Positions 58,368-64,000 of a DNA stretch of 64,000 bases are shown piece after piece (the stretch's first letter is position 1; each line of letters opens with the position of its first letter). Both the position numbers and the translations under genes were made by a program. Source of the DNA: Escherichia phage BP32. The notes beneath the pieces are model-generated. The model worked only from the letters and a program-made list of their open reading frames with translations. It was not told where the DNA came from and did not search any database. The stretch lies in sequence record OR906198.1; one strand, written 5' to 3'.

Positions 58368-60545
58368 ATGATTATCACCACTGAAAAAGAAACAATTCTT
58401 GGTAATGGTTCTAAATCAAAAGCATTTAGCATCACAGCATCTCCTAAAGTATTTAAAATTCTATCATCTGATTTGTACACAAACAAGATTCGCGCAGTAG
58501 TCCGTGAATTGATTACCAACATGATTGATGCCCATGCTCTTAATGGAAATCCTGAAAAATTTATCATACAAGTTCCAGGACGATTAGATCCGCGATTTGT
58601 TTGTCGAGATTTTGGTCCGGGTATGAGCGATTTTGATATTCAGGGTGATGATAATTCTCCTGGGTTGTATAATTCATACTTCAGTTCATCTAAGGCTGAA
58701 TCCAACGATTTCATTGGCGGATTTGGTTTAGGTTCTAAATCTCCGTTTAGTTATACTGATACATTTAGTATTACTTCGTACCATAAAGGTGAAATTCGCG
58801 GTTATGTAGCTTACATGGATGGTGACGGTCCGCAAATTAAACCTACATTCGTAAAAGAAATGGGTCCAAATGATAAAACTGGTATTGAAATCGTAGTTCC
58901 AGTTGAAGAAAAAGATTTTAGAAACTTTGCTTATGAAGTTTCTTATATCATGCGACCATTCAAAGATTTAGCTATCATTAACGGTCTTGACCGCGAAATT
59001 GATTATTTTCCGGATTTTGATGACTATTACGGTGTAAATCCAGAAAGATACTGGCCAGATCGTGGTGGATTGTATGCTATCTATGGCGGCATTGTTTATC
59101 CTATCGAAGGTGTTATTAGAGATCGTAACTGGTTAAGCATCCGCAATGAAGTGAATTATATTAAGTTTCCAATGGGTTCACTTGATATTGCTCCATCGCG
59201 TGAGGCTCTTTCACTAGATGATCGTACTCGTAAAAATATTATTGAGCGTGTTAAAGAGCTCAGTGAGAAGGCATTTAATGAAGATGTAAAACGATTTAAA
59301 GAATCTACATCTCCTCGTCATACATACCGTGAATTGATGAAGATGGGATATTCTGCTCGAGATTATATGATTAGCAATTCGGTCAAATTCACGACTAAAA
59401 ATCTGTCATATAAAAAGATGCAAAGCATGTTTGAACCTGACAGTAAGTTATGTAATGCAGGAGTTGTGTATGAAGTAAATCTTGACCCTCGACTGAAACG
59501 CATTAAGCAAAGCCATGAAACTTCAGCCGTTGCATCAAGTTATCGTCTGTTTGGTATTAACACAACAAAAATTAATATCGTTATTGATAATATTAAAAAC
59601 CGCGTTAATATTGTCCGTGGATTAGCACGTGCATTAGATGATAGCGAATTTAATAACACCTTAAATATTCATCACAATGAGCGTCTTCTGTTTATTAATC
59701 CGGAAGTAGAATCACAGATTGATTTACTCCCTGATATTATGGCAATGTTTGAAAGTGATGAAGTTAACATTCATTATTTGTCAGAAATTGAAGCTTTAGT
59801 TAAAAGTTATATTCCAAAGGCAGTAAAAAGTACAGCTCCTCGTCCTAAAACTGCCACTGCATTTAAGTTTGAAATTAAAGACGGGCGTTGGGAAAAAGAG
59901 GAATTGTTTACGCTCACATCAGAAGCAGATGAAATTACTGGTTATGTAGCATACATGCATCGTTCTGATATTTTCTCTATGGATGGTACTACATCGCTTT
60001 GTCATCCATCTACGAATATTTTGATTCGTATGGCTAATCTTATTGGCATTAATGAATTTTATGTTATTCGTCCGCTTTTGCAGAAAAAGGTAAAAGAACT
60101 TGGTCAGTGCCAATGTATTTTTGAAACTTTGCGTGATTTATATGTAGATGCTTTTGATGATGTAGATTATGATAAGTATGTAGGTTATTCAAGTTCAGCT
60201 AAACGATATATTGATAAAATTATTAAGTATCCTGAACTAGATTTTATGATGAAGTACTTCAGTGTAGATGAAGTTTCTGAAGAATATACACGACTCGCTA
60301 ATATGGTTAGTTCATTACAGGGTGTATATTTCAACGGTGGAAAAGATACCATCGGTCATGACATCTGGACAGTAACTAATCTTTTTGATGTATTATCAAA
60401 TAATGCTTCAAAAAACAGTGATAAAATGGTTGCTGAGTTTACCAAGAAATTCCGTATTGTTTCCGACTTCATCGGTTATCGCAACTCTTTAAGTGATGAT
60501 GAAGTTTCCCAAATCGCTAAAACTATGAAGGCCCTTGCGGCCTAA
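58368..60545 (+). CDS. rIIA: rIIA membrane-associated protein
   Basis: 725 aa; GyrB/Hsp90-like ATPase N-terminus; sequence recognised. Confidence 0.95.
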   Translation: MIITTEKETILGNGSKSKAFSITASPKVFKILSSDLYTNKIRAVVRELITNMIDAHALNGNPEKFIIQVPGRLDPRFVCRDFGPGMSDFDIQGDDNSPGLYNSYFSSSKAESNDFIGGFGLGSKSPFSYTDTFSITSYHKGEIRGYVAYMDGDGPQIKPTFVKEMGPNDKTGIEIVVPVEEKDFRNFAYEVSYIMRPFKDLAIINGLDREIDYFPDFDDYYGVNPERYWPDRGGLYAIYGGIVYPIEGVIRDRNWLSIRNEVNYIKFPMGSLDIAPSREALSLDDRTRKNIIERVKELSEKAFNEDVKRFKESTSPRHTYRELMKMGYSARDYMISNSVKFTTKNLSYKKMQSMFEPDSKLCNAGVVYEVNLDPRLKRIKQSHETSAVASSYRLFGINTTKINIVIDNIKNRVNIVRGLARALDDSEFNNTLNIHHNERLLFINPEVESQIDLLPDIMAMFESDEVNIHYLSEIEALVKSYIPKAVKSTAPRPKTATAFKFEIKDGRWEKEELFTLTSEADEITGYVAYMHRSDIFSMDGTTSLCHPSTNILIRMANLIGINEFYVIRPLLQKKVKELGQCQCIFETLRDLYVDAFDDVDYDKYVGYSSSAKRYIDKIIKYPELDFMMKYFSVDEVSEEYTRLANMVSSLQGVYFNGGKDTIGHDIWTVTNLFDVLSNNASKNSDKMVAEFTKKFRIVSDFIGYRNSLSDDEVSQIAKTMKALAA

Positions 60546-60556
60546 TAAGGAAAATT

Positions 60557-61495
60557 ATGTACAATATTAAATGCCTGACCAAAAACGAACAAGCTGAAAT
60601 TGTCAAACTGTATTCAAGTGGTAATTATACCCAGCAGGAATTGGCTGATTGGCAAGGTGTATCGGTTGACACAATCCGTCGTGTTTTGAAAAATGCTGAA
60701 GAAGTTGAGCGCTCCAAAGTTACCATTAGCGGTGACATTACAGTTGAAGTTAAGAGTGATGTAGCTATTGCTCCAGTTGCTAAATCTGACATTATTTGGA
60801 ATGCATCTAAAAAATTCATTTCAATTACTGTTGATGGCGTAACTTATAACGCAACTCCTAATACTCATTCAAACTTCCAGGAAATTCTTAATCTGCTTGT
60901 TGCAGATAAATTGGAAGAAGCGGCACAAAAAATTAATGTTCGTCGCGCTGTTGAAAAATATATTTCCGGTGATGTTCGAATTGAAGGTGGAAGCCTGTTC
61001 TATCAAAATATTGAATTGCGGTCTGGTTTAGTTGATCGTATTCTTGATTCGATGGAAAAAGGTGAAAACTTTGAATTTTATTTTCCGTTCTTGGAAAATC
61101 TGCTGGAAAACCCAAGCCAAAAAGCAGTATCTCGACTCTTTGATTTCTTGGTAGCAAACGATATTGAAATTACAGAAGACGGCTACTTCTATGCTTGGAA
61201 AGTAGTTCGCAGCAATTACTTTGACTGTCACTCAAATACCTTTGATAACAGTCCTGGTAAAGTAGTTAAAATGCCACGTACTCGTGTGAATGACGATGAT
61301 ACACAAACTTGTTCTCGTGGTCTGCATGTGTGTTCTAAATCTTATATTCGTCACTTTGGCAGTTCAACCAGCCGAGTTGTAAAAGTTAAAGTACATCCTC
61401 GCGATGTAGTATCAATTCCAATTGATTACAACGATGCTAAAATGCGTACCTGCCAATACGAAGTAGTTGAAGACGTTACTGAACAATTTAAATAA
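60557..61495 (+). CDS. rIIB: rIIB protein
   Basis: 312 aa immediately downstream of rIIA. Confidence 0.9.
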   Translation: MYNIKCLTKNEQAEIVKLYSSGNYTQQELADWQGVSVDTIRRVLKNAEEVERSKVTISGDITVEVKSDVAIAPVAKSDIIWNASKKFISITVDGVTYNATPNTHSNFQEILNLLVADKLEEAAQKINVRRAVEKYISGDVRIEGGSLFYQNIELRSGLVDRILDSMEKGENFEFYFPFLENLLENPSQKAVSRLFDFLVANDIEITEDGYFYAWKVVRSNYFDCHSNTFDNSPGKVVKMPRTRVNDDDTQTCSRGLHVCSKSYIRHFGSSTSRVVKVKVHPRDVVSIPIDYNDAKMRTCQYEVVEDVTEQFK

Positions 61496-61508
61496 GGGCT
61501 TCGGCCCT
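61496..61508 (+). promoter_or_regulatory. GCTTCGGC hairpin without T-run (RNA stability or processing element)
   Basis: gggc-ttcg-gccc right after the rIIB stop. Confidence 0.35.
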
Positions 61509-61523
61509 TAACTAAGGAAAATT

Positions 61524-61718
61524 ATGTTAGGTTATCAAGCACGAGTAAAAGAAGAATACGATCAATTAATGCTCAAAATTAATGCACTGAGCAAATTTTT
61601 AGAAAGCACAAAGTTTCTAACTATTAATGAAGTTGAACAAGAATTGCTGCTTTCACAGTTTATCTCAATGAAATCTTACGCAGATTGTTTAGAGAAAAGA
61701 ATTGCACAATTCAAATAA
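61524..61718 (+). CDS. hypothetical protein (64 aa)
   Basis: AAGGAAA RBS. Confidence 0.5.
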   Translation: MLGYQARVKEEYDQLMLKINALSKFLESTKFLTINEVEQELLLSQFISMKSYADCLEKRIAQFK

Positions 61719-61720
61719 TT

Positions 61721-61740
61721 AAGGGGCTTCGGCCCTTTTG
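61721..61740 (+). terminator. rho-independent terminator (GCTTCGGC hairpin)
   Basis: ggggc-ttcg-gccc followed by tttt. Confidence 0.65.
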
Positions 61741-61754
61741 TTTTAAGGAAAATT

Positions 61755-62081
61755 ATGATTTATTGTATGAATATCGGTGATTCCGACATAAAAGAAATTT
61801 CTCTACACGGTAATCATCACGCTAATATTGTGTACTGCAATAAATTCGAGTTTGGACATGAAAAACTTGGAGTTCTTTACTGCAATGATGTTATAGTCAT
61901 GGATAAAAAGAATCTCGATGAACTTGATCGTAATTCTTTAGATGAAAATGATCGAATTTATTATGGTACTCTTAAAGTATATAACGCTTATCTTAGTGGT
62001 AAAAAGGAAAGTCTAAATGCAGAAAACGAATCCAGGTTTACAGAGACTATTTCAGATTCCGACATTTACCCTATCGAATAG
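61755..62081 (+). CDS. hypothetical protein (108 aa)
   Basis: AAGGAAA RBS. Confidence 0.55.
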   Translation: MIYCMNIGDSDIKEISLHGNHHANIVYCNKFEFGHEKLGVLYCNDVIVMDKKNLDELDRNSLDENDRIYYGTLKVYNAYLSGKKESLNAENESRFTETISDSDIYPIE

Positions 62082-62574
62082 TGACTTGACTAGTGAAATG
62101 AAGGTCAAAATTGCTGATACAGCAAGATACTCTTTAAAACAAAACCCGAACCAGGATAAAGCAGAAGTTATCGAAAGATGCCGTATCGCTGTGTACGCAG
62201 AGTTTTTTGTAGCAGATTGGCTAAGCGGGTATGTCAACAAAGGCCAAGAGGATGTTAATGATCCGTATACATACGCATGGGATGTATTGGCACATCCAAA
62301 ATACTGCGGGCTTCGTGTAGAAGTTAAGACACATCAAACTGACTCACGTTGGATTTCGGTAACAACAGGATGCAGCGGAGAGTATCCATACGGTTCTGGA
62401 ATAAATCTAGGGCCCATTCTGAATCATCAAGTCGCTGACTGTATAATTATATTCAACACTAAAGAAATTCATCCAGGTGTCATCCAGTACACTCCGAAGT
62501 TCATCGGTGATAGAGAAGACCTTCGTAAGGTTGTAAGAAAAAGCAACTACAACGGATGGTATCTTTCTATTTAA
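62017..62574 (+). CDS. denB: endonuclease IV (cytosine-DNA-specific), assigned by position and size
   Basis: 185 aa as recalled for T4 DenB; located downstream of rIIB; start overlaps upstream ORF by 65 nt. Confidence 0.55.
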   Translation: MQKTNPGLQRLFQIPTFTLSNSDLTSEMKVKIADTARYSLKQNPNQDKAEVIERCRIAVYAEFFVADWLSGYVNKGQEDVNDPYTYAWDVLAHPKYCGLRVEVKTHQTDSRWISVTTGCSGEYPYGSGINLGPILNHQVADCIIIFNTKEIHPGVIQYTPKFIGDREDLRKVVRKSNYNGWYLSI

Positions 62575-62591
62575 AAAATTTTCACAAAACA

Positions 62592-62621
62592 GTTTACATA
62601 CCACAAGGACCGTGGTACTAT
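62592..62621 (+). promoter_or_regulatory. T4-type early promoter with conserved leader
   Basis: gtttacataccacaaggaccgtggtactat. Confidence 0.65.
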
Positions 62622-62648
62622 ACAACTATCAGCTACGGAGGAGTAAAA

Positions 62649-62912
62649 ATGAAATTTAAATTTTATTACGCTAAACATAAAATAACTGATGAGTTTGTGT
62701 CAGTTGAATATTCTAGCGACGATGAAGGTATGATTTATACTCGCTTGGGACTATCGCATTGGGAGTCTGATACGCCTTATTTTTCAACTCCCGAAGAAAT
62801 TACACGCTTAGTTAATGGTCATATGAATGACCACTGGAATGTAATTCTTTCAGATAGTCTTAAAGCGGCTATTAATAGTAATGAAATGAAAATCGCTGAG
62901 ATTGAACTATGA
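62649..62912 (+). CDS. hypothetical protein (87 aa)
   Basis: GGAGGAG RBS. Confidence 0.55.
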   Translation: MKFKFYYAKHKITDEFVSVEYSSDDEGMIYTRLGLSHWESDTPYFSTPEEITRLVNGHMNDHWNVILSDSLKAAINSNEMKIAEIEL

Positions 62913-63097
62913 GTTCATTGTGGTGGTGTTTCGTTTGGTTAATTAGTATTCCATTAATTTGTTTAACATTTACTTTTATGATGAGGTTATTATGAAAATT
63001 TTAAATTCTGTACTTATTGCTTGTGCGTGGTGGGTTGCGCAAGTTTCGGCAGTAGTGATTGGTATTCACATTTATTACGAATATTTTTAAAAAAGTT

Positions 63098-63127
63098 GTT
63101 TACAAGACTGTTCCTCTGTGGTATTAT
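63098..63127 (+). promoter_or_regulatory. T4-type early promoter with conserved leader
   Basis: near-identical copy of 9916-9976. Confidence 0.65.
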
Positions 63128-63154
63128 TACCCTATCAACTACGGAGGAACAGAA

Positions 63155-63268
63155 ATGAAAAAGATTGTTAAAGCTATATGGAATGTAGTTATAATACTAG
63201 TAGTTTTGAGTATATTCCCAATCGTTTTAATGATTGATGTATTAAACGCTTACTTTGGATTTATATGA
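63155..63268 (+). CDS. tiny membrane peptide (37 aa)
   Basis: GGAGG RBS; hydrophobic. Confidence 0.4.
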   Translation: MKKIVKAIWNVVIILVVLSIFPIVLMIDVLNAYFGFI

Positions 63269-63275
63269 GGAAAAT

Positions 63276-63473
63276 ATGAAGCGTAAACGCAGTGCTTTTA
63301 CATTTATTGAATGGTTTTTCGATAATATTTTTCCAGCTTTATTCATTTTCATGCTGATTTTCGCCTTAGGTTCAGTTGTAGTTGGAATCTATTTGATGGC
63401 AGTTGTCGGAATGGATATTCACCAAAATGGTTTGAAATCTGTGGTTGAAACAATTTGGAATGGTGTAAAATGA
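63276..63473 (+). CDS. small membrane protein (65 aa)
   Basis: GAGGAAAA RBS; 2 TM helices. Confidence 0.5.
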   Translation: MKRKRSAFTFIEWFFDNIFPALFIFMLIFALGSVVVGIYLMAVVGMDIHQNGLKSVVETIWNGVK

Positions 63474-63588
63474 TGAATTTGCTGAGCGGTTGGTTTTATA
63501 TTCTCATGTTTTACATTGGCGCAAATTTCCCATATTGGATGGGATGGTCAACAACTGCATTTGGATTTTATACTCCTTGAGGTGAATT

Positions 63589-63804
63589 ATGAAAATTTTT
63601 AAAGATGTAAAAGTTGGTGAAATTTTCTGTTTAGATAATGGTGATCAGTTAATTCGTATTTCGCCTCTTAAGAGCACCAGCGAGAAAATGACAGTTAATG
63701 CTACTTTAGCAAATAACAGTAATGAACGTTTCTGTATTGAAAATGATACTGAAACTTATACTGTAGAAGAGTTTTGGGAATTGAGCGTCGACTGCGACGA
63801 TTAA
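63589..63804 (+). CDS. hypothetical protein (71 aa)
   Basis: GAGGTGA RBS. Confidence 0.55.
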   Translation: MKIFKDVKVGEIFCLDNGDQLIRISPLKSTSEKMTVNATLANNSNERFCIENDTETYTVEEFWELSVDCDD

Positions 63805-63863
63805 TTTATCGGCCGTGTGTATTCATGCGGCCTTGGAGTAGAAAATAATTAGAGGAAATTAAA

Positions 63864-64000
63864 ATGAAATATATGACTGTTACTGATCTGAATAATGCAG
63901 GTGCTACTGTTATTGGTACAATCAAGGGCGGTGAATGGGTTTTTGGAACTCCGCATAAAGACATTTTGTCTAAACCTGGATTTTACTTTTTAGTGAGCAA
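63864..64000 (+). CDS. ndd: nucleoid disruption protein, 3-prime truncated at window edge
   Basis: N-terminus [25 protein letters not shown] recognised; AGAGGAAA RBS. Confidence 0.85.
   Translation, partial: MKYMTVTDLNNAGATVIGTIKGGEWVFGTPHKDILSKPGFYFLVS

Overview
The window is a ~64 kb stretch of the early/middle gene region of a T-even (T4-like) myovirus genome, collinear with the T4 map from the vs.4/regB/tk region to the start of ndd. Every credible gene except one is on the + strand, so the window is the reverse complement of the conventional T4 map. Core genes recognised from their translated sequences (T4 names): regB, tk, nrdC, 49, nrdD, nrdG, 55, a-gt, 47, 46, rpbA, 45, 44, 62, regA, 43, imm, 42, uvsX, 40, 41, sp, 61, dam, 56, soc, modB, modA, dda, dexA, motB, 39, rIIA, rIIB, denB and ndd (partial). 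Between them lie many small early ORFs, about 20 T4-type early promoters (GTTTAC, 17 bp spacer, TATAAT-like) and GC hairpins with a TTCG loop acting as terminators. No tRNA, rRNA, CRISPR array, integrase or transposase was found. Compared with T4 as I remember it (not checked against any database), nrdD has no intron, the topoisomerase large-subunit gene is unsplit, a GT-A-like glycosyltransferase sits where beta-gt would be, and a GIY-YIG endonuclease gene lies between a-gt and 47. The best candidates for something undescribed are a PD-(D/E)xK-like ORF co-transcribed with dam next to a lone minus-strand membrane ORF, a nucleotidyltransferase-fold protein beside an AAA+ ATPase, a tandem four-member paralog family upstream of nrdC, and a macrodomain protein upstream of tk. 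All functional calls rest on motifs read by eye and on recalled T4 synteny; nothing was computed or searched.
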